Below are positions 42,169-54,344 of a DNA stretch of 64,000 bases, piece by piece. The notes beneath the pieces are model-generated. The model was not told the DNA's origin and did no database searches. It was given only the letters and a program-made list of their open reading frames with translations. Position 1 is the first letter of the stretch, and each line of letters opens with the position of its first letter. The position numbers were made by a program, and so were the translations under genes. Source of the stretch: Alphaproteobacteria bacterium (GTDB lineage: Bacteria; Pseudomonadota; Alphaproteobacteria; MPNO01); NCBI GenBank assembly GCA_965248835.1, contig CBDFLJ010000002.1, positions 256,001 to 320,000 of the forward strand, written 5' to 3'.

Positions 42169-43444
42169 CACTCCCAAGATCGCGGTCATAGGACTCGGCT
42201 ATGTCGGCCTGCCGTTGGCTGTCGCGCTTGCGCAGCACTATCCGGTTTGCGGATTCGACATTGATGCCGGCCGGATTGCCGAGTTGCAAAAATGCAAGGA
42301 CCGGACGAACGAGGTCGACCCGCCGGCGCTGCGCCGGAGCACCGCGCGGTTCACCGCGGCCGCCGAAGACCTAAGGGGCCACGATGTCTATATCGTCACC
42401 GTCCCGACCCCGGTGGATGCGCACAAGGCCCCGGACCTGAGCGCGGTGCGCGCGGCCAGCCGCATGGTCGGCAAGGCGATCTCCAAGGGAGCGATCGTGG
42501 TCTTCGAGAGCACCGTCTATCCGGGGGTGACCGAGGACATCTGCGGCCCCGAGATCGAGGCCGCCTCAGGCCTGACATGCGGCAGGGATTTCTACCTTGG
42601 CTACTCGCCCGAACGCATCAATCCGGGCGACAGGGAACACACCGTCGATCGCATTACCAAGGTGGTGGCCGGCCAGAACGACCATGTCACCAGGGTCCTG
42701 TCGGAAATCTACGCCAGCATGACCACCGGCGGCGTGTTCCTAGCCCCCGACATCCGCACCGCCGAGGCGGCCAAGGTGATCGAGAACGCTCAGCGCGACA
42801 TCAACATCGCCTTCATCAACGAGGTCGCGACGATCTTCCAGAAGATGGGGATCTCGATGCACGACGTGCTGGAGGCGGCTGGGACCAAGTGGAACTTCCT
42901 CGACTTTTCCCCGGGGCTGGTCGGCGGGCACTGCATCGGGGTCGATCCGTTCTATCTGGCCCACGCGGCGGTCTCGATCGGGCACCACCCGGAGATCATC
43001 CTGGCCGGCCGGCGGATCAACGACTCGATGGGCGGCTACGTGGCCGAATGCATCGCCCGCGAGCTGGCCCGGACCGGCCGGGGCGCGGGCGCCCGGGTCC
43101 TGGTGCTAGGGCTCACGTTCAAGGAGAACGTCCCGGACCTGCGCAACTCGCGGGTGATCGACATCATCTCGGCGCTGCGCGAGCGCGGCTTCGTCGTCGA
43201 TGTTCACGACGCCCATGCCGATGCCGGCGAGGCCGAGGCCCATTACGGCGTGCGGCTCAAGGCGCGCCTCGACCGGGGTGACCTCTATGACTGCGTGATC
43301 GGCGCGGTCGCGCACGAGGCCTATGCAAAATTCACCCCGGAGACCTTCCAGGACCTGCTCGGGCCGGACGGCGTGGTCGCCGACATCAAGGGCATGTGGC
43401 GCAAGATCAAGCTGCCCGACAGCTACCGCCGCTGGCAGCTTTAG
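42161..43444 (+). CDS. UDP-N-acetylhexosamine/UDP-glucose 6-dehydrogenase (TviB/WbpO-like)
   Basis: GLGYVGLP, VPTP, ESTVYPG, YSPERINPGD, KVIEN.QRD, GGHCIGVDP, FKENVPD.RNS. Confidence 0.92.
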   Translation: MPDTPKIAVIGLGYVGLPLAVALAQHYPVCGFDIDAGRIAELQKCKDRTNEVDPPALRRSTARFTAAAEDLRGHDVYIVTVPTPVDAHKAPDLSAVRAASRMVGKAISKGAIVVFESTVYPGVTEDICGPEIEAASGLTCGRDFYLGYSPERINPGDREHTVDRITKVVAGQNDHVTRVLSEIYASMTTGGVFLAPDIRTAEAAKVIENAQRDINIAFINEVATIFQKMGISMHDVLEAAGTKWNFLDFSPGLVGGHCIGVDPFYLAHAAVSIGHHPEIILAGRRINDSMGGYVAECIARELARTGRGAGARVLVLGLTFKENVPDLRNSRVIDIISALRERGFVVDVHDAHADAGEAEAHYGVRLKARLDRGDLYDCVIGAVAHEAYAKFTPETFQDLLGPDGVVADIKGMWRKIKLPDSYRRWQL

Positions 43445-43461
43445 CGCATGTTCCAATCCCC

Positions 43462-43992
43462 TCAGGGGTGGATGTCGATCGGGGTGCCGTCCTCGACCAG
43501 CGCCCAGATCTCGTCGATCTCGCGGTTGGTGACCGCGATACAGCCCTGTGTCCAGTCCAGATCGGGATGGCCGAGGTCGCCGGCCGACCACTTCTTCGGC
43601 AGTCCGTGGATCATGATCCTGCCGCCCGGCGGCACGCCCATGAAACGCGCGCGGGCGCGGTCCGACCGGTTCGGATAGGAGATGTGGATCGCCTTGTAGA
43701 AGGCGCTGTCGTCGATCCGGTGATCGAGCGTGTAAGACCCTTCCGGCGTGCGCGCGTCGCCCGACTTGGTCTTGTGGCCCTTGGGATAGCGGCCGAGCGC
43801 GACCCGATAGATCTTGAGAACCCGGTCGTCGTGCAGCAGAACCAGCCGCCGCTGGGACTTGAGCACCACGACCCGGTCGGCCTTGAACGGTGGAAGCGCC
43901 GCGACTTCGCTGGAGGTTGCGCGCGCCGGCGCGGCCGCCCCAAGCACGCCGAGACCGAGACCACACCAAACCACAACCGCTAAAATACGCAC
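43462..43992 (-). CDS. L,D-transpeptidase (YkuD family)
   Basis: Signal peptide, GDARTPEG, ISYPN, IMIHG..WTQGCIA. Confidence 0.9.
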   Translation of the reverse strand: MRILAVVVWCGLGLGVLGAAAPARATSSEVAALPPFKADRVVVLKSQRRLVLLHDDRVLKIYRVALGRYPKGHKTKSGDARTPEGSYTLDHRIDDSAFYKAIHISYPNRSDRARARFMGVPPGGRIMIHGLPKKWSAGDLGHPDLDWTQGCIAVTNREIDEIWALVEDGTPIDIHP

Positions 43993-44088
43993 GAAGCCCC
44001 CATCCCGGCCAATTGGCGTTGGAATCCAATACTATCCAAAATCCGCTTCGAGGTTAACCGTCGGCGTGGCGCCGCGGATCGGGTGCGC

Positions 44089-44883
44089 TCAGACCGCGAT
44101 CGGCGCCGGAATATGGGCATGCGCCTCATAGCCCTCCACCACGATGTCCTCGTAGGTGAAGGCGAACAGATCCGTGACCGCGGGGTCCAACATCAGCCGG
44201 GGCAGGCGGTTCGGCGTCCGGGCGAGCTGTTCGTCCGCCTGGTCGAGGTGGTTTCGATACAGATGCGCATCCCCGAGCGTGTGGATGAACTCGCCGGGGC
44301 CAAGACCGGTGACGTGCGCGACCAGATGGGTCAAGAGCGCATAGCTCGCGATGTTGAAAGGCACACCGAGGAACACGTCGGCGCTGCGCTGGTAGAGCTG
44401 GCACGACAACTTGCCGCCGGCGATGTGGAACTGGAACAGGCAATGGCACGGCGGCAGCGCCATGGCCGGCAGGTCGGCAACGTTCCAGGCGCTGACGATC
44501 AGGCGCCGCGAGGTCGGGTTGGTGCGGATCTCCTCCACCAGCCGGGCCATCTGGTCGATCGCAGCGCCGTCGTGGCCCGGCCAGGAGCGCCACTGGCGGC
44601 CATAGATCGGGCCGAGCCCGCCGGTCTCATCGGCCCATTCATCCCAGATTCTCACCCCGTTCCGGTTCAGATAGGCGACATTCGTGTCGCCGGCCAGGAA
44701 CCACAGAAGCTCATGGACGATCGAGCGCAGATGAAGCCGCTTGGTGGTCACCAGCGGGAAGCCATCGGCCAGATCGAACCGCATCTGGTAGCCGAACACG
44801 CTGATCGTGCCCACCCCGGTCCGGTCGTTGCGAACAACGCCGTTGTCCCGGACATGGCGCATCAGGTCGAGATATTGCCGCAC
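44089..44883 (-). CDS. thyA: Thymidylate synthase
   Basis: 264 aa from GTG, DRTGVGT, ELLWFL, ALPPCH, YQRSAD.FLGVPFN, HLYRNH. Confidence 0.98.
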   Translation of the reverse strand: MRQYLDLMRHVRDNGVVRNDRTGVGTISVFGYQMRFDLADGFPLVTTKRLHLRSIVHELLWFLAGDTNVAYLNRNGVRIWDEWADETGGLGPIYGRQWRSWPGHDGAAIDQMARLVEEIRTNPTSRRLIVSAWNVADLPAMALPPCHCLFQFHIAGGKLSCQLYQRSADVFLGVPFNIASYALLTHLVAHVTGLGPGEFIHTLGDAHLYRNHLDQADEQLARTPNRLPRLMLDPAVTDLFAFTYEDIVVEGYEAHAHIPAPIAV

Positions 44884-44951
44884 CGTTCCGGCCGTTTGTT
44901 TTCCTGCTCGAGCGAACTTCAAATTAGGACCGAATCGTCCTATATTATCAA

Positions 44952-45260
44952 TGCCGGGTGACCGGCTATGGCGATAAACGGCTTGTGTAATAAGCGTAGC
45001 GGACCCGGGGGCAGTACCCGGCGCCTCCACCAAAGCCCGGTTCGCGCCGCCGATACGGGAAATCCCGTGCCAGCGGCGCCCCGATATTGGGGGCGAAACA
45101 GGATCGACGCGCGTGTAAAGGCTTGCTTTTCGCTCGGCATGGTACCGCCGTTATCGGGCCAATCTGACAGATGCCAACGACAACGATTTGGCACTCGCTG
45201 CCTAGTTTTTCTAGGTAAGCGCGGCCCGGGGGGCGCCGGGCAACAGAAGCCCCCCAATTT
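44952..45260 (+). ncRNA. ssrA: Two-piece (circularly permuted) tmRNA
   Basis: Acceptor piece ends CCCGGGGGCAGTACCCGGCGCCTCCACCA (45032); second piece starts GGGGGCG (45089), pairing CGCCTCC with a G-U at position 3; tag ORF 45173-45205 ANDNDLALAA-stop; outer ends approximate. Confidence 0.95.
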
Positions 45261-45290
45261 CCGGGTCGTCGGAGGATGAAACGAAGCTGA

Positions 45291-45815
45291 GTGATGTCCA
45301 CGACCGGCGACTCTCTGATCCCCTATCAGGAAATGATGGAACGCGCGCTGCGCAGCCTGGTGCGCGAGGCCCTCGACCTCGTGGGCACGGAAGGCCTGCC
45401 CGGCAACCACCATTTCTACATCTCCTTTCGCACCCAGGCGGACGGCGTGGACATGCCCGCGCATCTGCAGGCGCGATACCCCGACGAGATGACCATCGTG
45501 CTGCAACACCAGTTCTGGGGCCTCGAGACCGATGACGCCGGGTTCTCGGTCACCCTGTCCTTCGGCGGGCGCTCGGAGCGCCTGAGGATCCCGTTCGAGG
45601 CGCTGAACGCCTTCATGGACCCGGCGGTCAATTTCGGCCTGCAGTTCCACCGCCTCGAGGCGGGGGCGGAGGCCGGGGACGGCGCAGCCCAGCATATGCC
45701 GGCCACGCCCGACAACGAGACCGAGGCGGGCCCGAGCGCCGTGGCCCCGGAGACCGGTGGCAAGGACGAGGCGTCCGCCACGGTGGTCACGCTCGACACG
45801 TTCCGCAAGAAATAG
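45291..45815 (+). CDS. sspB: ClpXP adaptor SspB (alphaproteobacterial type)
   Basis: GLPGNHHFYISF, YPDEMTIVLQHQFW, DPAVNFGLQF, C-terminal VVTLDTFRKK; adjacent to ssrA. Confidence 0.95.
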   Translation: MMSTTGDSLIPYQEMMERALRSLVREALDLVGTEGLPGNHHFYISFRTQADGVDMPAHLQARYPDEMTIVLQHQFWGLETDDAGFSVTLSFGGRSERLRIPFEALNAFMDPAVNFGLQFHRLEAGAEAGDGAAQHMPATPDNETEAGPSAVAPETGGKDEASATVVTLDTFRKK

Positions 45816-45839
45816 GGTCACGCGAACCGGGGGCCTGCG

Positions 45840-47450
<1,611 letters not shown>

Positions 47451-47513
47451 GTCGGCCGCGCTGGAGCGGCGATCGGTTGAGCCTGGTGCGCCGGCGGCGC
47501 AGAATATCCGCCC

Positions 47514-48041
47514 ATGGCACGGTCATCCTATATCCTGCCGGACGTCCTGGAGCCTGGCATGGTCACCGTTTTTTGCGGCAGCGCAGCCGGTGCGGTCTCC
47601 GCACGGCTCGGCCTGCCCTATGCCGGGCCGGGCAACAAGTTCTGGCCGATTCTGGCCGAGACCGGGCTGACGCCGCGTCTGTTTGCGCCGCACGAGTTCC
47701 GCGCGCTGCCGGCGTTGGGGCTCGGCCTGACCGACGTCAACAAGACCGAGTCCGGCTCCGATGCCAGCCTGTCGGGCCGCGGTGACGACCCCGAGGCGCT
47801 GCGCGCCAAGATAGAGGCCTTTCGGCCGGCAATTCTCGCTTTTACCGCCAAACGGCCCGCCCGGGTCTTCCTCGAGGCGGTCTTCGGGGTCAGGACGATC
47901 GGCTACGGCGTCCAGGATTGCAGCCTCGGTGACACCGAGATCCACGTCCTGCCCTCGCCGTCGGGCCTTGCGGTCCGTTGGTGGGAGCCGGCGATATGGC
48001 ATCGCCTCGCCGAACGCCACAGATCCCTCGGCGCCCGATGA
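47514..48041 (+). CDS. mug: Mismatch-specific uracil-DNA glycosylase (Mug family)
   Basis: LPDVLEPG, YAGPGNKFW, GLGLTD, VLPSPSG. Confidence 0.85.
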   Translation: MARSSYILPDVLEPGMVTVFCGSAAGAVSARLGLPYAGPGNKFWPILAETGLTPRLFAPHEFRALPALGLGLTDVNKTESGSDASLSGRGDDPEALRAKIEAFRPAILAFTAKRPARVFLEAVFGVRTIGYGVQDCSLGDTEIHVLPSPSGLAVRWWEPAIWHRLAERHRSLGAR

Positions 48042-49051
48042 CCAGGATCTGCATCTTCGGCGCCGGTGCCATCGGCTCGCTGATCGGCGGGCGCTTGGCG
48101 GTCGGCGGTGCCGACGTCAGCCTGATCGCCCGCGGTGCCCAGCTCGCGGCGATCGCGCGCGGCGGCCTCACCGTCGCGTACCGGGAGGAGACGGTTCATG
48201 TCAGCCCACCCGTCCATGCCGATCCTTCGGATCTAGGCCCGCAGGACTATGTGATCCTCACCGTCAAGGCGCCGTCGCTGGGCGAGGCGGCGGCGGCCCT
48301 GGCCCCGCTTCTGGATGCCGAGACGACCGTGGTCCCGATGCAGAACGGCCTGCCGTGGTGGCATTTCATGCACCGCGACGGGCGGTTCGCCGATCGGCGG
48401 CTGGTCAGCGTCGACCCGGACGGCCGGATCGCCGCGGCGATCGGATTCGAGCGTGTGCTGGGCTGCGTCGTCGGTGCGGCTACCGAACTTATCGCGCCCG
48501 GCCACGTGCGCTGCCTGGGCGGCGGCACGTTGACCCTGGGCGAGCCGGACGGGGCCGACAGTGCGCGTGCGCACCGCCTGGCGCTGGCGCTCGAAGCCGG
48601 CGGTTTCAGTGCGCGGATCAGCGCCGAGATCCGCGGCGACATCTGGGCCAAGCTGCTGGGCAACGTTTCCTTCAGCGTCATCGCCGCCCTGACCGGCGGA
48701 CGGCTCGTCGACCTGGCCGAGGATCCGGCGACCTGCGCGCTTGCCCGCGGGATCATGGCCGAGGCGGCGGACATCGCCGCCGCCCTGGGGATTGCCGTCC
48801 CGGTGTCGGTCGACGACCGGATCCTCACGACGCGCTCGATGGGAAACCACAAGACCTCCATCCTGCAGGATCTCGAGGCAGGCAGGCCGATGGAGGTCGA
48901 CGCCATCGCGGGATCGGTGCTCGAGGCCGCGCGGCTGGCGGGCATCCCGGCGCCGCTGACCCGGACCGCCTACGCGCTTCTTCGACGCCGCGCGATCGAG
49001 GCCGGGCTCTATCCCGACAATCCTGCGCTGGCCGACATCCTGGAGCGCTGA
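48038..49051 (+). CDS. panE: 2-dehydropantoate 2-reductase family protein
   Basis: GAGAIG, TVKA, MQNG, IWAKLLGN, KTSILQD.E.GR.ME. Confidence 0.85.
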   Translation: MTRICIFGAGAIGSLIGGRLAVGGADVSLIARGAQLAAIARGGLTVAYREETVHVSPPVHADPSDLGPQDYVILTVKAPSLGEAAAALAPLLDAETTVVPMQNGLPWWHFMHRDGRFADRRLVSVDPDGRIAAAIGFERVLGCVVGAATELIAPGHVRCLGGGTLTLGEPDGADSARAHRLALALEAGGFSARISAEIRGDIWAKLLGNVSFSVIAALTGGRLVDLAEDPATCALARGIMAEAADIAAALGIAVPVSVDDRILTTRSMGNHKTSILQDLEAGRPMEVDAIAGSVLEAARLAGIPAPLTRTAYALLRRRAIEAGLYPDNPALADILER

Positions 49052-49128
49052 GCCCGTGACGCCGGGCGGGGCTGGCGAGACCGATGGCCGGTTGCTACAA
49101 CCCGAACCATCTGGTCCCGGAGCTGGCG

Positions 49129-50787
49129 ATGGCGATCGATCCGATCACCGTCCAGGTCTTGCGCAACAAGGTCGCAAGCCTGGTCGAGGAGATGCACTAC
49201 CACTTCTACCGGTCGGGCTACTCGACGATCATCCGCGAGTCCCGCGACTTTAGCTGCGTGATTGTCTCGGCCGACGGCGGTCTGGTGGTCGCCCCGCCGA
49301 TGTTCTTCCACGCCCCGGTCTACAAGCACCTCGTCGGGCGCATTCTGGAGATCTACGGTGCGGGCGGGCTTGCCGACGGCGACATCTTCGTCTGCAACCA
49401 CCCCTACGAGGGCGGTCTGCCGCATGTTTCCGACATGGCCTTCGCCGCGCCGATCTTCTTCGAGGACCGGCTGATCGGGTTCTCCGCCTCGATCGCCCAC
49501 AAGGCCGATATCGGCGGCACCAACCCGGGCAGCACCTCGGCCAACGCCACGGAGATGTATCACGAAGGGCTGCTGATCCCACCGATCCGGATCGCGGTGG
49601 GCGGCGCCTACAAGAACGATGTCGAGCGGCTGATCCTGACCAACAGCCGCCAGCCGGAACTCGTGCGCGGCGACATGCGCGCCCAGATCGCGGCCACGAA
49701 GATGGGCGTGGAGCGGATCAAGGACATCGCGGCGCGGTTCGGCGGCGAGACCGTGGTCGAGGCCTTCTCCGCGATCATGGCCGGTGCGGCGGCCGAGATG
49801 CGCACGGCGATCGCGGCTCTGCCCGACGGGACGGCGTCGGCGGAAGGGTTCATGGACTCCGATGGCGTCGAGCTCGACCGCCCGGTCCGCTTCGCGGTCA
49901 CCATTACCGTTGCGGGCGATACGGTGACGTTCGATTTCAGCGATGCCGGGCGCCAGGCCAAGGGCCCGGTGAACCTGCGCCCGTCCATGGTCGAGGCGTG
50001 CTGCTTCTACTCGCTGATCGGCTGTCTCGGCCCCGGGTTGCAGTTCAACGACGGCATGCGCGAGGTCACCCGTTTCGTCTACGCGCCCCGGACCATCACC
50101 AACGCGAGCCCGCCGGCGCCGGTCTCGAGCTACCAGATGGCGAACCTCAAGCTGGTCGACGTCATCCTCGAGGCGCTGTCCCACTTCAAGCCCGACCGGG
50201 CGGTGGCCAACGCGGCCTCGAGCGGGGCGGTGATGATCCAGTGGCTCGACGGCGGCCGGCCGGGACAGGCCAGCCTGCAATACGAGATCATCGGCTCGGC
50301 CTATGGCGGAGGCGCCGGCCATGACGGCGCCTCCGCCCTGGCGACCCATCTGTCGAACCTCCATATCACCCCGATCGAGATCATCGAATCGGAGTTCCCC
50401 TGCCGCATCAAACGGTTCGAGCTGATGCCCGATTCCGGCGGCGCCGGGGCGTTTCGCGGCGGGCTGGCGCTGCGCCGCGAATACGAGCTCCTGCAGGACG
50501 CGATCGTCATCCGGCGATACGACCGCGCGCGCTTTCCGCCCAGCGGGCTCTCCGGCGGCCGGGACGGCAAGGCCAGCCGGTTCGTCATCCGCTACGGCGA
50601 CCAGGACGCGGAAGAGACCCCGCCCTCGGGCCGGTTCGTGCTCGACGCCGGCCAGCGCTTCCTGCTCGAGACCGCGGCCGGCGGGGGCTACGGCGCGCCG
50701 GCCGAACGGGAACGGGACGCGATCGAGCGCGACATCGCCGAAGGCTATGTCAGCGCGCAGGCGGCCGCGCGCGACTACGGCCGATAG
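49129..50787 (+). CDS. Hydantoinase B / oxoprolinase family subunit
   Basis: DPITVQV, STIIRESRDFS, NHPYEGG.PH, HKADIGG, PIEIIE, DSGGAG.FRGG, GGGYG. Confidence 0.92.
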   Translation: MAIDPITVQVLRNKVASLVEEMHYHFYRSGYSTIIRESRDFSCVIVSADGGLVVAPPMFFHAPVYKHLVGRILEIYGAGGLADGDIFVCNHPYEGGLPHVSDMAFAAPIFFEDRLIGFSASIAHKADIGGTNPGSTSANATEMYHEGLLIPPIRIAVGGAYKNDVERLILTNSRQPELVRGDMRAQIAATKMGVERIKDIAARFGGETVVEAFSAIMAGAAAEMRTAIAALPDGTASAEGFMDSDGVELDRPVRFAVTITVAGDTVTFDFSDAGRQAKGPVNLRPSMVEACCFYSLIGCLGPGLQFNDGMREVTRFVYAPRTITNASPPAPVSSYQMANLKLVDVILEALSHFKPDRAVANAASSGAVMIQWLDGGRPGQASLQYEIIGSAYGGGAGHDGASALATHLSNLHITPIEIIESEFPCRIKRFELMPDSGGAGAFRGGLALRREYELLQDAIVIRRYDRARFPPSGLSGGRDGKASRFVIRYGDQDAEETPPSGRFVLDAGQRFLLETAAGGGYGAPAERERDAIERDIAEGYVSAQAAARDYGR

Positions 50788-50817
50788 GCACACTGCGCAT
50801 CAACCGGGGGACATCCA

Positions 50818-51663
50818 ATGGATCGGATCGGCATGATCGGCCCGGGCCGCATGGGCCTGGCGATGATCAGGCACCTGATCGGGGCGGGCTATGCGGTCAC
50901 CGCGACCGACATCAACGCGGACCAGCTCGCCAAGGCCGCGGACGCGGGCGCCACGGCCGCCGGCTCGGTTGCCGAGGTCGCCGCATCGTCCGACTACGCG
51001 ATCGTCGCCGTCGGGTTCGATGCCGAGACCGTCGCGGTGACCACGGGCGAGGACGGGCTGGTCGGTACCATGGCGCCGGGCTCGTGCATCGCGGTCTGCT
51101 CGACATCCTCGCCGGAGACCGTGCGCACGATCGCCGAGGCGGCCGCCGCCAGGGGGATCGACGTGCTTGATGCGCCGATCTGCCGCGGCCGCTGGTCGGC
51201 CGATGACGGCACGCTGCTCGCGCTGGTCGGCGGCACCGACGCGGTGGTCGAACGCTCGCGTCCGGTGTTCATGACCTTCTGCTCGGACATCGCCCACCTG
51301 GGCCCGGTCGGGCACGGCCAGTTCGGCAAGGCGATGAACAATTTCCTGATGTGGATTTCCGGCCTCGGGATGATCGAGGCCGGCCGTCTCGCCGAGGCGT
51401 TCGGCGCGGACCTGGTGAAACTGCGTGATGCGCTGCTGATCTCCTCCGCCAAGTCCGCGACCATGGAGGACTGGGACCGGATGACCTTCACCTGGGCGCT
51501 GAAGGACATGCAGATCGTCTCCGATCTCGCCGACAGGCTCGGCCAGTCGATGCCGCTGGCCGGCGGCGTGCGCGAGATGGTCAAGGAGGCGCGCCGCATC
51601 AAGGCAGCCGCCCCACCGGACTGGACCGGCAAGGGCGCGGTGCCGCAAGACCGCAAGCCGTAG
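50818..51663 (+). CDS. 3-hydroxyisobutyrate dehydrogenase family NAD(P) oxidoreductase
   Basis: IGPGRMG, CST, LDAPI, G.GQ..KAMNN, KDM. Confidence 0.88.
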   Translation: MDRIGMIGPGRMGLAMIRHLIGAGYAVTATDINADQLAKAADAGATAAGSVAEVAASSDYAIVAVGFDAETVAVTTGEDGLVGTMAPGSCIAVCSTSSPETVRTIAEAAAARGIDVLDAPICRGRWSADDGTLLALVGGTDAVVERSRPVFMTFCSDIAHLGPVGHGQFGKAMNNFLMWISGLGMIEAGRLAEAFGADLVKLRDALLISSAKSATMEDWDRMTFTWALKDMQIVSDLADRLGQSMPLAGGVREMVKEARRIKAAAPPDWTGKGAVPQDRKP

Positions 51664-51692
51664 GGCACGCGGCAGGCGATCGGGAGGGGTGG

Positions 51693-52436
51693 ATGGCGAG
51701 ACTTCAGGGCAAGGTGGCGGTCATCACCGGTGCGAGCCGCGGCATCGGCCGGGCGGTGGCCCTGGCCTTCGCGCGCGAGGGTGCGGATGTCGCGATCACC
51801 GGGGTGAGCGATGAGGCGAGCCTGCGCGCGGTCGAGGCCGAGATCGCCGGCCTCGGCGCCGACGTGCTGGCTGCGATGTCCGACGTGAGCGTGCGGGCCG
51901 ACGTCGATGCGCTTGTCGGCCGGGTGCTCGACCGCTGGGGCCGGATCGACATCCTGGTGGCCAACGCGGGGATTCTGCGGCTGGCGTTGATCGGCGACAT
52001 CGCCGAAGAGCAGTGGGACCGCACGATGGCGGTCCACCTCAAGGGCTGCATCAACTGCATCCAGGCGGTGCTGCCGGCGATGCGCGAGGCGGGAAGGGGC
52101 AAGATCATCACCGTCACCGGCCCCGCCGCGCTGCGCGGGTCGTTCGGCGTGGCAGACTATGCCGCCGCCAAGGGCGGGATCATCGCGCTCACCAAGAACG
52201 CCGCCAACGAGCTCCGCAGCGACGGGATCCAGGTCAACTGCATCTCGCCGGTCGCCGACACCAGGATGACCGATGCGCTGGTCGCCTTCCGCGAAGAGCA
52301 TCAGGCCGAACATCTGGGCGCCGCGCCGCGCCGCGCGTTCGTTGCCGCTGAATCCGTCACGCCCGCGTTCGTCTTCTTCGCCTGCGAGGACAGCGACCTC
52401 GCTTCGGGCCAGGTGCTCGCCCTTCACCCGGACTGA
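51693..52436 (+). CDS. Short-chain dehydrogenase/reductase
   Basis: TGASRGIG, ANAG, YAAAK. Confidence 0.92.
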   Translation: MARLQGKVAVITGASRGIGRAVALAFAREGADVAITGVSDEASLRAVEAEIAGLGADVLAAMSDVSVRADVDALVGRVLDRWGRIDILVANAGILRLALIGDIAEEQWDRTMAVHLKGCINCIQAVLPAMREAGRGKIITVTGPAALRGSFGVADYAAAKGGIIALTKNAANELRSDGIQVNCISPVADTRMTDALVAFREEHQAEHLGAAPRRAFVAAESVTPAFVFFACEDSDLASGQVLALHPD

Positions 52437-52531
52437 GGTGGCTGACCGGACAATTCTTTGTCCCTCAGCGACATTGTGTGGCCGGGCGATTTCGTTCAGC
52501 ATCGCTCATCGACGTGGTAGGGACAGGCGCG

Positions 52532-53554
52532 ATGAGCACATCCAAGCAGACACCCTTCGCCGCACCGGTGGTGGACCAACTGTCCGTCCGGGTCGTGGTC
52601 GATTCCCATTACGAGCGCTTCCTGCCGCGCGAGAGCCACGCGCATGTCAGGATCGAGCATGTCGGCGGCATTCCCGGCCGGCAGATGACCACCCTGGCCG
52701 GGGAATGGGGGCTGGCGCTCCACCTGGACTCCCGGGCATCGGGCGAAACCGCGCAATACCTGCTCGATTTCGGCTACACGCCGGAGATCCTCAACCGCAA
52801 TTTCAGCCTTCTGGACATCGACGCCGGCCGGCTCAACGGGCTGATCCTGAGCCACGGCCATCGCGACCACTATGGCGGGCTCGACGGGTTCGTGGGCCAC
52901 CATCGGACGGCGATGCGCGATGACGTCTCGCTTTATGTCGGTGCGGAGGACGCCTTCGACATCCGCTGGGTGGGGGGCAGGCCGCCGGACAAGCCCGATG
53001 CGAAGCCGGAGTTCGTCTGTTGGGGCGCGCCCGACCGGACGGCGCTGCTGGCGCAGAACGTGGTCCCGGTCTGCTGCCCCGATCCGCAGGCCCTCCAGGG
53101 CGCGTTCACCAGCGGCTATATCGGCCGCGATACCTTCGAGGTGGTGACCGGCGGCTCGATGGTCCAGAAATTCGATCATTTCTCCGATGCCGAGCGCCGC
53201 GGCGAGCTGGTGGCCGACAGTCATCCGGAGGAGCACGCGACCTGCTACATCGTCAAGGGCAAGGGGCTGGTGGTGATTTCATCGTGCGGCCACGCCGGGA
53301 TCATCAACTCGGTCCGGACGGCGATGGCGGTCTCGGGCATCGACAAGCTGCACGCCGTGATCGGTGGGTTCCACCTGACGACATCGAAGCCCGACTATAT
53401 CGAGCACACGGTCGATGCGCTGGAGGCGCTCGATCCCGACGTGGTGATCCCGATGCATTGCACCGGCATCGCGTTCACCGAGGCGATGCGCCGCCGCATG
53501 CCGGACCGTCTGGTCGGCTCCAACCTCGGAAGCCGGTTCACCTTCGGGCTGTGA
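52532..53554 (+). CDS. MBL-fold metallo-hydrolase
   Basis: EWGL, LLDFG, LSHGHRDHYGG, SSCGHAG, GGFHL, PMHCTG. Confidence 0.88.
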   Translation: MSTSKQTPFAAPVVDQLSVRVVVDSHYERFLPRESHAHVRIEHVGGIPGRQMTTLAGEWGLALHLDSRASGETAQYLLDFGYTPEILNRNFSLLDIDAGRLNGLILSHGHRDHYGGLDGFVGHHRTAMRDDVSLYVGAEDAFDIRWVGGRPPDKPDAKPEFVCWGAPDRTALLAQNVVPVCCPDPQALQGAFTSGYIGRDTFEVVTGGSMVQKFDHFSDAERRGELVADSHPEEHATCYIVKGKGLVVISSCGHAGIINSVRTAMAVSGIDKLHAVIGGFHLTTSKPDYIEHTVDALEALDPDVVIPMHCTGIAFTEAMRRRMPDRLVGSNLGSRFTFGL

Positions 53555-53570
53555 TCGCGCCGGACCGTCC

Positions 53571-54344
53571 TCAGCGGCTGGTGGTCAGGCCCACCTCCTC
53601 GTAGCCGCCGCCGGTCTCGTCGGGCCAGTTGGCCGCGGTCCGGAAGGCCGCCCGCCCGCCGATCGCCGCGAACCATGCGCAAACCAGCGGCCTTGCTTCC
53701 TCGGCCCACATGTCCTCTCGTCCCAGCGCCAGCAGGCGCTGGAAGAAAGGCGCAATCGCAATATCGGCCAAGGTAAGGCGCGCGCCCATCAGCCAGGGTC
53801 CGCCCGAGGCCGCGATCATACGCTCCATCTCATCGAGGATACTCTCGATGACGCGGTTGCACTGCTCGATTTCCGCCTCGGTGATCTCGCCCCTGACGCC
53901 GCGGCCGTGGACGTCCCGGAGGAACGCCGTCGGCCTGCGCTCGGCCTGCTTTTTCAGCTCTTTCTCGCCCCAACGGTTCCGGAGCTTGGGCAGGATGTAT
54001 TTGACGAAGGTCGGGAACACGATGGCCGGGAACTTGTCGTCGCACAACCGGATGAACTCGCGCATCCGCGCGCGGGCCATCGGGTCGTCGGGCTTGAGCG
54101 GCGGACCCTCGAACGCCTCGTCGATATACTCGATGATGATCGAGGATTCGCGCACCGGCTCGCCGTCATGAACCAGCGTCGGCACCACGCCGGCGGGGTT
54201 GAGCGCCAGGTATTCCGGCTCCATCTGGTCGAAGCGGAAGATGTCGGTATACCGGCTCTCCCAGGGAACGCCCTTCTCCTCCAGCGCCATCCGCGCCTTC
54301 ACCGAGCACACCGAAGACCAGAAGTGATAAAGTTCGACCGCCAT
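53571..54344 (-). CDS. Glutathione S-transferase family protein
   Basis: SVCSVKAR, LNPAGVVPTL, ESSIIIEYID, LTLADI. Confidence 0.92.
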   Translation of the reverse strand: MAVELYHFWSSVCSVKARMALEEKGVPWESRYTDIFRFDQMEPEYLALNPAGVVPTLVHDGEPVRESSIIIEYIDEAFEGPPLKPDDPMARARMREFIRLCDDKFPAIVFPTFVKYILPKLRNRWGEKELKKQAERRPTAFLRDVHGRGVRGEITEAEIEQCNRVIESILDEMERMIAASGGPWLMGARLTLADIAIAPFFQRLLALGREDMWAEEARPLVCAWFAAIGGRAAFRTAANWPDETGGGYEEVGLTTSR

